In this document: positions 29,718-40,088 of the stretch, one piece after another | How positions within the stretch are numbered: the first letter of the stretch is position 1 | Layout of the letters: each line of letters starts with the position of its first letter | NCBI GenBank assembly: GCA_005889475.1 | Contig: VBGT01000051.1 | Location: 1,859-65,858, forward strand | Direction of reading: 5' to 3' | Origin: Chloroflexota bacterium | GTDB taxonomy: Bacteria; Chloroflexota; Limnocylindria; Limnocylindrales; CSP1-4 | Length of the DNA stretch: 64,000 bases | Program-made: the position numbers and the translations under genes | Notes under the pieces: model-generated | What the model saw: the letters and a program-made list of their open reading frames with translations, nothing else | Told to the model about the DNA's origin: nothing | Databases searched by the model: none

Positions 29718-30554
29718 GTGACCGTCCAGGGCGCCGTCCTCCGGGCGCTGCGCAAGCCGCGCGGCAGCGCACGGCAGGGCTTCGGGACGACGAGCCGCCG
29801 CGACAACTGGGTCGTCTTCCCGGTGGTTCAGGCGCTCGTCTTCACCCTGTGCGCGGGCTACCTGACGTTCAGCGGCATCTTCTGGGAGCCGATCCTCCCG
29901 ACGGGCTATCGCTGGGACGGCTACCTCTCGCCGCTGTTCTCGCCGCTCATCGTCTGGAAGGACATGCCGACCTGGCTGAGCCCGGGCCTGCTGATCCTGT
30001 GGATCCCGATCGGCTTCCGGGCCACCTGCTACTACTACCGGAAGGCGTATTACCGCTTCTACTTCGCCGACCCGCCGGGCTGCGCCGTCGGCGAACCGAC
30101 GATGCACCGCCGCTTCGCCCTCGAGAACGCCCTCCCGTTCGTCCTCCAGAACCTGCACCGGTACCTGCTGTACCTGGCGTTCATCCCGCTGACGTTCCTG
30201 TGGCTGGACATCATCCCGGCGTTCATCGCGCCCGCAGGCGAGGCCGGGGTCACCGATCCCGGGCTCCGCATCGGGATCGGCGGCCTCCTGTTCCTGGTCA
30301 ACGTGACCCTGCTGACCGGCTACTCGCTGTCGTGCCACTCGCTGCGTCACCTCGTCGGCGGGCGGATCGACTGCTTCTCGTGCACCCGAGCACGGCGGGT
30401 CAGGTACACGCTCTGGCAGCGCCTGACCGACCTCAACCGGAGCCACATGTGGTGGGCGTGGGCGAGTCTGATCACCGTCACGCTGGCCGACATCTACGTC
30501 CGGCTGCTCGTGCTGGGGGTGATCACCGACCAAGCCATCCACTTCAACCTCTAG
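29718..30554 (+). CDS. sdhC: Succinate dehydrogenase/fumarate reductase cytochrome b subunit (membrane anchor)
   Basis: 278 aa, 5 or 6 TM, conserved His residues. Immediately upstream of the sdhA and sdhB genes. Confidence 0.6.
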   Translation: MTVQGAVLRALRKPRGSARQGFGTTSRRDNWVVFPVVQALVFTLCAGYLTFSGIFWEPILPTGYRWDGYLSPLFSPLIVWKDMPTWLSPGLLILWIPIGFRATCYYYRKAYYRFYFADPPGCAVGEPTMHRRFALENALPFVLQNLHRYLLYLAFIPLTFLWLDIIPAFIAPAGEAGVTDPGLRIGIGGLLFLVNVTLLTGYSLSCHSLRHLVGGRIDCFSCTRARRVRYTLWQRLTDLNRSHMWWAWASLITVTLADIYVRLLVLGVITDQAIHFNL

Positions 30555-30610
30555 GCGCCGGCGGTCGATGGTCCTGGCTTCGGAGGTGCTCGACCAGATC
30601 GAGACGCATC

Positions 30611-30771
30611 CTGTCGACGTCGGCCAGCTCCTTGAACTGGTCGTACATCGATGGCAGCTTGCGTCGGACGTGCTCCGGGGGCAGGTAGCTGATGTCGAGG
30701 AAGACGCCGCCATGGGGCGAGCCCCGACCCTCGCGGACCTCGGTGTAGATCGCGCGTGAGACGTTGTCGCA
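30611..30771. repeat. Perfect 161-bp inverted duplicate of an internal sdhA segment (partner at 31507..31667)
   Basis: The reverse complement of 30611..30771 is identical base-for-base to 31507..31667, which encodes SRAIYTEVREGRGSPHGGVFLDISYLPPEHVRRKLPSMYDQFKELADVD. Track ORFs 30568..30759(+) and 31518..32810(-) share the identical peptide as a consequence. Confidence 0.9.
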
Positions 30772-32390
30772 CCCACTTCCGGGACACGATGGTCGGCGGC
30801 AAGCTGCTCAACAACGCGCGCATGGCCGAGCTGCACGCCAGGGAGGCGCCGGACCGGGTTCGCGAGCTGGAGGCGTGGGGCGCCGTCTTCGACCGGACGC
30901 GCGACGGGCGGATCCTGCAGCGGCCGTTCGGCGGCCATTCGCACCCGCGCCTCGCCCACGTCGGCGACCGCACCGGGCTGGAGATGATCCGAACCCTCCA
31001 GGATCGCGCCGTCGCGGCCGGCGTCGACGTGTTCATGGAGTGCACGATCACGCGCCTGATCACCGGCGCCGACGGCGTCGTCGGAGCGTTCGGCTACTGG
31101 CGCACGACCGGCGGGCCCGTCGTGTTTCCCGCGAAGACGGTCGTCCTCGCCACCGGCGGCATCGGCAAGGCGTACACCGTCACCTCGAACTCGTGGGAAT
31201 ACAGCGGCGACGGCCACGCACTGGCGTACTCGGTCGGCGCCGACCTCATCGACATGGAGTTCGTCCAGTTCCACCCGACAGGCATGGTCTGGCCGCCCGG
31301 GGTCCGCGGCCTGCTCGTCACCGAGGCGGTCCGTGGCGAGGGCGGGATCCTGCGCAACAAGGACGGCGAGCGGTTCATGTCGAGGTACCTGCCCGAGGAT
31401 CGGCGCGGCGAGTACGCCTCGACGGATGAGGAGGCTGCGCGGTGGGTCACCGCCCAGTCCGAGGGCCGGGTGACCGACGCGCGCCGGCCGCCGGAGCTGT
31501 CGACCCGCGACAACGTCTCACGCGCGATCTACACCGAGGTCCGCGAGGGTCGGGGCTCGCCCCATGGCGGCGTCTTCCTCGACATCAGCTACCTGCCCCC
31601 GGAGCACGTCCGACGCAAGCTGCCATCGATGTACGACCAGTTCAAGGAGCTGGCCGACGTCGACATCACCACGGGCCCGATGGAGGTCGGGCCGACGACG
31701 CACTACGTCATGGGTGGGGTGCGCGTCGACGCCGAGACGGGGGCGAGCACCGTCCCGGGCCTGTACGCCGCGGGCGAGGTCGCCGGCGGGATGCACGGCG
31801 CGAACCGGCTCGGCGGCAACTCGCTGTCCGACCTGCTCGTGTTCGGCCAGCGTACCGGTGCCGCAGCCGCGGCCGCGGCGACCTCCGTGGCAGGCTGGAA
31901 GAAGGCGCCGTACCTCGATCCGGTCCAGGTGCGCGACGCCGGACGCGAGCTCTCCGCGCCGCTCGAGCAGGGCAGTGGAGAGGACCCCTACGCCCTCCAG
32001 CGCGACCTCCAGGATGTCATGCAGCGCCTGGTCGGCATCTTCCGGGTCGAGGCCGACCTGCAGGAGGCCACGTCCGAGCTGTCGAGGCTCAAGGCGCGCT
32101 GGCCTGCCGTCGGCGTCCGCGGCGGGCGGACATTCAACCCGGGCTGGAATCTCGTCTTCGAGCTGCGCAACCTGCTCGTCGTCTCCGAGGCGATCACGCG
32201 CAGCGCCCTGCAGCGCACCGAGAGCCGCGGCGCCCACAGCCGCATCGACCACCCGGAGACCGACCAGGCAGGCTGGGGCGGGCGCAACAGCGTCGTCCGG
32301 CGCCGACCCGACGGCTCGATGGAGGTGACCACGACCGCGCTGCCCGAGATGTCCGACGAGCTGCGGCTCCTGCTCGGCGGTGCCCATTGA
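30756..32390 (+). CDS. sdhA: Succinate dehydrogenase flavoprotein subunit, lacking the N-terminal ~70 aa FAD-binding region. Possibly a pseudogene or an assembly artefact.
   Basis: Homology to SdhA starts at about 30774 (THFRDTMVGGKLL aligns with E. coli WHMYDTVKGSDY). This is exactly where the inverted duplicate ends. The rest of SdhA is intact through to the C-terminus. Confidence 0.6.
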   Translation: MRRCRTHFRDTMVGGKLLNNARMAELHAREAPDRVRELEAWGAVFDRTRDGRILQRPFGGHSHPRLAHVGDRTGLEMIRTLQDRAVAAGVDVFMECTITRLITGADGVVGAFGYWRTTGGPVVFPAKTVVLATGGIGKAYTVTSNSWEYSGDGHALAYSVGADLIDMEFVQFHPTGMVWPPGVRGLLVTEAVRGEGGILRNKDGERFMSRYLPEDRRGEYASTDEEAARWVTAQSEGRVTDARRPPELSTRDNVSRAIYTEVREGRGSPHGGVFLDISYLPPEHVRRKLPSMYDQFKELADVDITTGPMEVGPTTHYVMGGVRVDAETGASTVPGLYAAGEVAGGMHGANRLGGNSLSDLLVFGQRTGAAAAAAATSVAGWKKAPYLDPVQVRDAGRELSAPLEQGSGEDPYALQRDLQDVMQRLVGIFRVEADLQEATSELSRLKARWPAVGVRGGRTFNPGWNLVFELRNLLVVSEAITRSALQRTESRGAHSRIDHPETDQAGWGGRNSVVRRRPDGSMEVTTTALPEMSDELRLLLGGAH

Positions 32391-32424
32391 TGCGAGGATT
32401 CCCACCGATGCACGAGCGCGACCG

Positions 32425-33546
32425 ATGATCGAGACCAGGCCGCCCGCCGAGGTCCCGGCACGAGCCGAGGCTCTGCCCGGCGCAGCGATTGACGAGGCCA
32501 GAGCGTCGAGCGTGGCGAAGCTACGCGTGTTCCGCGGCGAGCCCGGAACGCCGTCCCGGTACGACGAGTTCGACGTGCCGGTGGAGGAGGGGATGGTCGT
32601 CCTCGATGCCCTCCACTGGATCCAGGGCAACGGCGCGCCCGATCTGGCCGTGCGCTGGAACTGCAAGGCCGCGAAGTGCGGCTCCTGCGGCGCCGAGGTC
32701 AACGGCCGGCCGAGCCTCACGTGCAAGACCCGGCTGTCCGACTTCGACCTCGACGAGCCCATCACGGTCGAGCCGATGCGGACGTTCCCGCTGGTGCGTG
32801 ACCTCGTCACCGACGTGTCCTGGAACTACGAGGTGAACCGCTCGATCGAGCCGTTCTCGCCCCCGGCCGACGTTCCCCAGTCGGACTGGCGCTGGCAGCA
32901 GGAGGACATCGAGCGGGTCCAGGAGTTCCGCAAGTGCATCGAGTGCTTCCTGTGCCAGGACGTCTGCCACGTGCTGCGCAACCACGAAACCGAGCGGCCA
33001 TTCATGGGCCCGCGCTTCCTCGTTCGGGCGGCCGGGCTCGAGATGCACCCGATCGACCAGGCGGACCGGCGCCCGTACCTGAAGGACGTCGGCGGCGTCG
33101 GCTACTGCAACATCACCAAGTGCTGCACCGAGGTCTGCCCGGAGCACATCAAGATCACCGACAACGCGATCATCCCGCTCAAGGAGCGCGTCGCCGACGA
33201 GTTCTACGACCCGATCCAGTGGGCCTGGCGCAAGCTCCGGGGCCGGTCCGATTCGGCACCGGATCGGAGGAGCTTGCCGGTTCTGCAGGCCGGCCGGCAG
33301 GCCGAGCCATCGATCGAGCCCACCCCGGAACGATTGGCGCGAGCCGTCGGTGAGGATTCGCCCGTCGCCGAACCGATGCACGCCGCGGCACCGACGACTT
33401 CGACTCCCGCCGCCGAGCCGACTCCGGCCGCTGAGCGGACCGACGCGGGCAAGGTGGCGAAGGCCGCCCGTGCGACGGCGGGCCCCCGCGCCAAGCGCGC
33501 CCGGCGCCGCCCGGACACGGGCGACGAGACGCCGTCCGAGGGCTAG
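32425..33546 (+). CDS. sdhB: Succinate dehydrogenase iron-sulfur subunit with a ~110-aa low-complexity C-terminal extension
   Basis: 2Fe-2S (CKAAKCGSCGAEVNG), 4Fe-4S and 3Fe-4S cysteine clusters (CIECFLCQDVC, CTEVCP). Pro/Ala/Glu-rich tail. Confidence 0.85.
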   Translation: MIETRPPAEVPARAEALPGAAIDEARASSVAKLRVFRGEPGTPSRYDEFDVPVEEGMVVLDALHWIQGNGAPDLAVRWNCKAAKCGSCGAEVNGRPSLTCKTRLSDFDLDEPITVEPMRTFPLVRDLVTDVSWNYEVNRSIEPFSPPADVPQSDWRWQQEDIERVQEFRKCIECFLCQDVCHVLRNHETERPFMGPRFLVRAAGLEMHPIDQADRRPYLKDVGGVGYCNITKCCTEVCPEHIKITDNAIIPLKERVADEFYDPIQWAWRKLRGRSDSAPDRRSLPVLQAGRQAEPSIEPTPERLARAVGEDSPVAEPMHAAAPTTSTPAAEPTPAAERTDAGKVAKAARATAGPRAKRARRRPDTGDETPSEG

Positions 33547-33554
33547 GCCGGACC

Positions 33555-34139
33555 TTGCGGGAGCCGCCGCTGACGCTCGGCCTCGACGAGCCTGCCGACG
33601 ACGCGAGCACGTTCGAAGACGCCGCCTCCGCGCGTGCGTCCGCGGGCCGGGTGGCGGCCGGAAAGCAACCGGTCGGCTTCGTCGTCCGCACGGACGGTGC
33701 GGCCCGAGGCAATCCCGGGCCGGCATCGGCCGGGGCCGTGCTCATCTCGCTCGCGCGAGGGGACGCCCGGAGCCCGCTTGCTCCGCCGGATGCCTCGATC
33801 TCGGACTACCTCGGGGTGCAGACGAACAACGTCGCCGAGTACACCGCGGTCGTTCGCGCGATCGAGCTGGCGCTGGAGCTGGGCGCCCGCCGCCTGGAGC
33901 TGTTGCTCGACTCGAAGCTGATCGTGGAACAGCTGTCGGGCCGCTGGCGCGTCAAGGACGCGAAGCTGCGGCCACTGTGGGCGGAGGCGCTGCGCGGTCT
34001 CCGAGCGCTGCCCGACGGCTGGGTCGCGGCGCACGTGCCCCGCGCCCAGAACTCCTCAGCGGATGCCCTGTGCAACGCGGCGATCGATCGGGTGATGGCC
34101 GGCGGCCCCGAGTCGGTCGTCGTGCGGCCTCGGTCGTGA
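33555..34139 (+). CDS. rnhA: Ribonuclease HI (RNase H type 1)
   Basis: 194 aa. Catalytic DEDD-containing motifs (NNVAEYTAVVRAIELALE, LLDSKLIVEQLSG). Confidence 0.7.
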   Translation: MREPPLTLGLDEPADDASTFEDAASARASAGRVAAGKQPVGFVVRTDGAARGNPGPASAGAVLISLARGDARSPLAPPDASISDYLGVQTNNVAEYTAVVRAIELALELGARRLELLLDSKLIVEQLSGRWRVKDAKLRPLWAEALRGLRALPDGWVAAHVPRAQNSSADALCNAAIDRVMAGGPESVVVRPRS

Positions 34140-34282
34140 TGAGGCCGACATCCGCAGGGTCGGATGCGCGTCTGGGCGATCAACCTTGACGAGGTGAGGC
34201 CCGAGCGAGACGTTCCAACGGCTGAATCCGGTCGAAATGCGCCCGGGCAATGCCCGGCAGGTGCCCGCGTGCCGAGCCTGCC

Positions 34283-37200
34283 CTACAGCTCCGCCATCTG
34301 TGCCCGGGTTTCGTCCGCTTCGACGGGCATGCCGAGGCGTTCATACCCCTCGAGCGCCAGGCGCAGCAGACGCCGTGCGTCGTCGTCGTGCCCCTTGGCT
34401 GCCTGGTGGGTTGCCTCTGCGCGATCGATTGCCGGCCCGAGCCAGGCGAGGCGCGTCGACCGGCGCCGCAGCTTTGGGAGAACGGTTGCGAGCGAATCCC
34501 AGTCCCCGAGGCGTGCCAGCGCTTCGACGAGGACCGGCTGCTCGTATGGCCCCTCGTCGAACGATGGTGGGCGGTCTGCTCCGCCCATTCGGATGACGAT
34601 GTCCCGTGCTTCCGCGGCATCGCCCCGGCGCATCGCCCGCTCCGCCAGCCACGCTTCGACGAGCCCGGGCCGCGCGTCGTTCGGCGCGATCCGTCGTTCG
34701 GCTTCGGCCATCTCCTCGAGGCGCCCGAGACGCTCGAACACGATGGCCGCCACCACGGGTCCGCTGCGCGTGTACGGGCAGCTCATGTCGACCGTCTCGC
34801 GGTCGTAGGTGTCGAGATGCTCGTGCGCCAGCGGCACGATCTCGTCCCAGCGGGCCAGGCGGTACAGGGCGGCCATCGAGAAGTAGGTCTGATGCATCTG
34901 TTCGTGGACGCTGAGCTGGCTTGCGAGCGGTCCGATTCCCCGATAGATGTCCAGCGCGACATCGAACTCGCCTGCGATGTCCATGACGAGCGCGGCGGCC
35001 TGCTGGCCCGTGATCAGCCGGTCGCGGATCGCGACGACCTGGTCAAGCGACGCCACCAGCCGGCGGGCGATGTCCAAGGCACGCGCGTCGTCACCCTCGA
35101 GGACCCGGAGGCCGTCGAGCATCCGTAAGGCCACGACGCGGAGGTCGCCGTCGCCGGACGCCTCGGCGATGGCGACGGCTTCCTCGACGGCCGCAACACG
35201 GGCCTTCGCATTCAGGGGATCAGGCCGACCCTCGGCAGCCCATGTCTCCGCCGCACGACCCCGAAGCGCGAGCAGCCAGGCGCGAGTCACGGGATCCCGG
35301 GCGTGCGCGAGGCCTTCGTCGACATAGCCATCGACCACCTGGGCCGAAGGTCGGCTCGTAAATCCGCCGTAGAAAATCCCCGCGAGGCGCCCTGCCTTCA
35401 GGGAGATGCGGGCGATCGCATCGTCGTCACCCGCCGCCCGAAAGAGCTCGAGCGCGTGGCCCCACGCCTCCGTGCTCGGATCACCGTGCATGCCCCAACC
35501 ATGGTCATCGCCCAGCTCCTCGAAGACGGGCGCTCGCTCGTCGTCCGAGGCGGCGATCGCGAGTGCCGCCTCATGGAGCTCGACAGCCCGGTCGATCGCG
35601 TTGCGACGACGTGCGACGGCGCCGGCAGCCACGATGGTTTCGAATGCCCGCGCACGCATTGCCGCACGAGCCTCGGGCTCGTCTGCCCAGGCGAGGTCGG
35701 CCCCGTCGGCCAACAACGCCCGCCGATAGTGATGCGCCACGAGCTCGACGAGTGCCTCATCGTCAGGACCGGCCAGGTCCTGGAGCCAGGCCGCGGCGCG
35801 CGCATGGGAGCGAGCCCGCCGCGCGAGTGGGACGCCCTGGTACGCGACATCGAGGATGAGTGCGTGCTTGAACGCGAACTCGACCTGACCGCTGACGCTG
35901 GACGTCGGCCGCGCCACCACGAACCCCTTCGATTCGAGACTGATCAGGGAGTCGTCGACGGTCGGCCGATCGATCGACAGGGCGACGGCTGAAGGCCAGA
36001 AAGCGCGGCCCACGACCGCGGCTTCCTGCAGGACCAGCTTGTGGTCCGGGGACAGGCGATCGAGCCGAGCGGCAAGCACCGCCTGAACCGTATCCGGCAG
36101 TCCCTCCGGGGCGACGCCGCCCGCGAAACTCCAGCCGTCTCCGGCAGGCGCGAGTGCTCCCGCATCCACGAGCCCGCCAATCAGCTGCTCGAGGAAGAAG
36201 GGGTTGCCGTCGGCGCGGTCAAGGACCTCCGCACGCATGGATTCCGGAAGCGCCCCGGCGCCGACGAGGTTCCGGAGCACGCCGGCCGCCTCGCCAGCGA
36301 GCAAGGGACGCAGGGTCAGGGACATTGCGCCGTCTCGCGCGACACTGAACTCGGGGTGGTCGTCGGCGAACTCGGGCCGCGCGGTGGCGAGCACCAGGAC
36401 CGGGCCCGCCGTGCGGGTTCGGATGCTGTCGAGGATCGCCAGGAGCTGGCTGTCGGCCCAATGGAGGTCCTCGATGAGGATCACGAGTGGAACCTTGGCG
36501 AGCGCCGACACGAAGCGTGGCCAGGCGACGGACAGCGCGATGGCGACGGCGGTCGGGCGTACCCCGACGAGCGGATTGCCCGGAAGGCGGATACCAGCCG
36601 AGATGCCGAGCGCGTGGATCGTGTCGACGATGTCGGTTTCGGGGACCCCTGCCGTCGTGAAGATGTCGCGGACGCCGCGTTCCAGACGCTCCCCGGCGAG
36701 CTCGATCGGATCGTCGAGGGCGATGCCGAACTCGCGGCGGACGATCTCGCCGAGCGCCCAGTACGTGATCCCGTCCCCGGCCGAGAGGCACCGTCCACGG
36801 ACGACGCGAAGGTCGGCCCGCGCCTCCATGGCGGATGCCCGCCGGGCCGAACACCACGACGAGTCGAAGCGACCCGGTTTCGACAGCGTCGTCGAGCGCC
36901 TCGGCCAGGCTCCGTCGCTCGCGCTCCCGACCGACGATCGGCGACTGCAGGCGTCCCGTCGCGGCTTCGGGCTCGAGGCGCGGCCCGAGGACGGGCCACG
37001 CCTTGACCGGCTGGGACTTGCCTCGAAGCTCGAGATCCCGCGAGTCGCCGAAGCCATACAAATCCGACACGGCCGCGTGGGTTCGATCACCCACGAGGAT
37101 GGTCGCCGGCTCGGCAGCTTGTTCGAGCCTCGCCGCGACGTTCACGGCATCGCCGACGACGATCATCTCGCCTTCGGGACCGCCAACCGGAGCCATGACG

Positions 37201-37562
37201 TTGCCCGAATTGACCCCGATCCGGACCTGGAGGGTCACGCCGAAGCGCTCCTGAAATTCGACGTTCAGACCCTCGAGAGTCGAGATCATCTCCAGGGCCG
37301 CCCCGACGGCGCGGCGCGGGTCATCCTCGTGGGCCATCGGGACGCCGAAGACGGCCATGATCGCGTCGCCGATGTACTTCTCGACCGTCCCGCCCCAGCG
37401 GTCGATGACGCCGGCCATCGCCGCGAAGTAGGTCCGGAGAAGCGCCTGCAGGCGCTCGGGGTCGAGGCGCTCTCCCAGGTCCGTCGAGCCGACCAGATCC
37501 GCGAAGAGGATCGTGACGAGCTTGCGCTCGTCCGTCCTTCGAGGCGCAGGGCTGCCTGCCAC
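34283..37562 (-). pseudogene. Adenylate/guanylate cyclase - AAA(STAND) ATPase - TPR-like regulator, interrupted by a frameshift or indel at about 36.8 kb (Walker A Gly-Lys-Ser/Thr lost)
   Basis: The frame of ORF 36219..37562 carries the cyclase domain (LVTILFADLVGSTDL...GDAIMAVFG) and the AAA beginning (...LRLVVVFGPAGI). The frame of ORF 34283..37090 carries the continuation (ADLRVVRGRCLSAGDGITYWALGEI... TPR-like repeats). Only about 16 nt separate GPAGI from ADLRVV, and the two are in different frames. Confidence 0.6.
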
Positions 37563-37665
37563 GACCCGTGAGTCTAGGGATCGATCCTGACGCCGAATAG
37601 CGTCACCGGGAATCGATCATCGGCAGGTGAGCGGCCGGCGGGAGCGCCTCCGGTTAGAATCCGCC

Positions 37666-38018
37666 GGTCAGCGAGGCGGCCGGATGGCCGCGCGCCGGCG
37701 GGGCAACCCGACGGCGTGAGGAAAGTCCGAGCTCCACAGCGCGAGGTAGCGGGTAACACCCGTCCGCCGCGAGGCGAGGACCAGCGCCACAGTGACGATG
37801 CCGGCGCCTCGGCGCCGGAGTGAAACGCGGCAAGCTCTACCCGGAGCAAGGCCAAATAGGAGGGCGACCACCCGGTTCGCCGGGACGGGCGCGCTGCCCA
37901 GCCCTCGGGTCGGCCGCATGAGCCGTCGGGTGACCGACGGCCCGAGATGGATGGCCATCGCCGAGCCGTTTCGACGGCGAGGCACAGAACTCGGCTTACA
38001 GGCCGCCCTCGCTGACGT
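37666..38018 (+). ncRNA. rnpB: RNase P RNA (bacterial type A)
   Basis: Universally conserved blocks GGAAAGTCCGAGCTCCACAG, GGGTAACACCC, CGGAGCAAGGCCAAATAGG and ACAGAACTCGGCTTACAG. P1 pairing gtcagcgaggcggcc/ggccgccctcgctgac. TTAGAAT -10 lies about 8 nt upstream. The overlapping ORFs are spurious. Confidence 0.9.
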
Positions 38019-38061
38019 ACCCTGCGCACCACACTCGAGCATCGACGAGGAGTGGAGGCGC

Positions 38062-38268
38062 ATGTTCGACTACCAGACCGTCAAGCTCCTGCATCACCAC
38101 GGCCAGGACGACTGGGTCCCGATGGCCGAAGTCGAGCACGGTTCCGCTGCGCACGATCCGGAGCGGGCATGGCTGCGCGGCGCGCGCCTGTACCGATGCA
38201 CTTCCTGCGAGGAAGAGGTCGTGATCGCCGAGCCGCCCGACGCCCGGCCGGACAAGCCCGGCGCGTAG
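38062..38268 (+). CDS. Hypothetical small protein (68 aa)
   Basis: GGAG RBS. MFDYQTVKLLHHHGQDDWVPMAEVEHG...RCTSCEEEVVIAEPP. In-frame tail of track ORF 37792..38268, whose upstream part overlaps rnpB. Confidence 0.45.
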   Translation: MFDYQTVKLLHHHGQDDWVPMAEVEHGSAAHDPERAWLRGARLYRCTSCEEEVVIAEPPDARPDKPGA

Positions 38269-38296
38269 CGGTGGGCGACGCCGGGCGTCGCCCGGG

Positions 38297-38563
38297 CTAG
38301 TCCTCGTCGGGTCGGAAGATGTGGGCGGCGGTGCAGGCGTTGCAGATCGGCGTGGCCGCGTCGAGGTCGCCCAGCGGGATCGCCAGCTTGCGGTCGGGGT
38401 ACAGGCACTCGACGTCGTAGCGCCGCTCGCCCCGCGGCTCGACCCGGATCAGCCGCCGGAACGTGCAGCGGCGGATGCGGTGCGGCGCGAGGTGCGAGGG
38501 GTCGGGCAGGACGACCGCATCGACTGGCAGCGGCAGGGCCATCGGCGGGCTGGAAGCCTCCAT
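38297..38563 (-). CDS. Hypothetical small Cys-containing protein (88 aa)
   Basis: GAGGAG RBS. High GC3 bias. Contains CxxC (ICNACTAAH) plus two further Cys. Confidence 0.5.
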   Translation of the reverse strand: MEASSPPMALPLPVDAVVLPDPSHLAPHRIRRCTFRRLIRVEPRGERRYDVECLYPDRKLAIPLGDLDAATPICNACTAAHIFRPDED

Positions 38564-38684
38564 CTGGCTCCTCGTCGGCGCGATGCCGACGAACAGGCGG
38601 CGCAGCCTAGCACCGTCCCTGATGGCGCGGCCACCGTGAAAAGGTACTAGAGTCCGCGGCCTGCGGAGCACATCGAGGAGGCGC

Positions 38685-39392
38685 GTGGAGCCCGAACCCG
38701 AGCAGACCGAGCGCCGCTCCCTGACCCCGGCGGTGCTCGCGTCGGCACTGTTCCTCGCCGCCTGCGCAACATTCGCCATCACCTTCGTGGCCGCACGCGG
38801 CGGGCTCCAGCTGCCCATCGGGCCGACGCAGCCGCCGGTCGCCGTGGCGAGCCCGGAGCCGACCGCGCTCCAGACGCCGGCGCCGCTGTCGACCCCCGAG
38901 CCGACCATCGAACCGACCGTCGCGCCCACGCCGACCATCGTCCCGACCGTCCCGCCGACGATTGCGCCGACCGCCGTGCCGCCCTTTGCCCTGCCGACCC
39001 TCAAGCCGGGCGACCCCCTCCTCGCACTCGAGCGCTGCACGGGCCACCCGCTGTGCTTCCTGTATGTCGTGCAACGAAACGACACGATGATCCGGATCCT
39101 GAACCGCTACGACCTGGACCAGGACGTGATCCTCGCGCTGAATCCGAAGATCACCGATCCCCGGCTCATCGTCGTGGGGCAGAGGATGTACCTCGGGCGC
39201 AACCGGTTCGTGCGCCTCGACCCGTGCCCGAATGGGGAGCGATGCTTCCTGTACAAGGTCGTCAACGGCGACTCCATCACCGACATCGCAGCCCGCTACG
39301 CGATCTCAGCGGACGCGATCCGCGCGGCCAACCCGACGATGCCGCGACCCATCGTCCCGGGCCTGGTGCTGAAGCTGCCCTACCCGGGCTGA
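38685..39392 (+). CDS. Membrane-anchored protein with two LysM domains
   Basis: N-terminal TM, Pro/Thr-rich linker, two LysM repeats (YVVQRNDTMIRILNRYDLD...ILALNP and YKVVNGDSITDIAARYAISADAIRAANP). Confidence 0.8.
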   Translation: MEPEPEQTERRSLTPAVLASALFLAACATFAITFVAARGGLQLPIGPTQPPVAVASPEPTALQTPAPLSTPEPTIEPTVAPTPTIVPTVPPTIAPTAVPPFALPTLKPGDPLLALERCTGHPLCFLYVVQRNDTMIRILNRYDLDQDVILALNPKITDPRLIVVGQRMYLGRNRFVRLDPCPNGERCFLYKVVNGDSITDIAARYAISADAIRAANPTMPRPIVPGLVLKLPYPG

Positions 39393-39462
39393 CGCCGGTG
39401 GAACCGGGGCTGCTCGGGCGGTGTACTGTGGCCAAGGAGCGCGTTCGATTTCAATCGTCCTG

Positions 39463-39978
39463 ATGAAACGGTCGTCGATCTCGCTGCTGCTCGGTCTTGC
39501 GCTGGCTGCTTGCGCGCCGGTGACCCCCACGGGCCGCCCCACGAGCAGCGCGACGCCCACCGTCGCGGTCGATGCCTCGCCCGGGGACGTGGCGACGTGC
39601 CCGGTCACCCACCCCAACGGGGCCTTTCCGAGCGGGGAAGAACGGCCATCTGCCTCGTCGCTCCTCGCGCTCGGCAACGGCCAGCTGTGGGTCGTCCCGA
39701 TCCATGAGGTGTTCCTCGCCGACGCGAGATCCATCGAGAGCGACGGTTCGATCGGCGCCAAGTTCGGCTGGTGGCGGATCACGCCTGGAACGCTCACGAT
39801 CTCCGGACGGCGGCTCGATGCTCCGGCACCACCGCTTCGGGCTTCCGTTCCCGACGGCTACGGGTCAAGCGGATTCCAGACAAGCGGCGTGTTCTTCCCC
39901 ACGGAGGGCTGCTGGGAGATCACGGGAACCGTCGGCGACGCGACGTTGTCGTTCGTGACCTTCGTCCGTCGAACCTGA
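39463..39978 (+). CDS. Hypothetical lipoprotein
   Basis: Lipobox LLLGLALAAC at the internal ATG. No known domain. Confidence 0.55.
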   Translation: MKRSSISLLLGLALAACAPVTPTGRPTSSATPTVAVDASPGDVATCPVTHPNGAFPSGEERPSASSLLALGNGQLWVVPIHEVFLADARSIESDGSIGAKFGWWRITPGTLTISGRRLDAPAPPLRASVPDGYGSSGFQTSGVFFPTEGCWEITGTVGDATLSFVTFVRRT

Positions 39979-40088
39979 CCGTCGGGTCGCCCGCCGACCC
40001 GTCTCGTCCCGCACCACGTGGCCGCGCGTCGCCGAGGGACAAGGCCACGGGTCCGGGCCGCATCCCTTGACACACCTGAAATTGGGGA

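Noticed and set aside
37574-38063. Three ORFs overlapping rnpB (37574..38032 -, 37668..38063 -, 37792..38061 +)
   Set aside because: The region carries all universally conserved RNase P RNA blocks. The protein frames are incidental.
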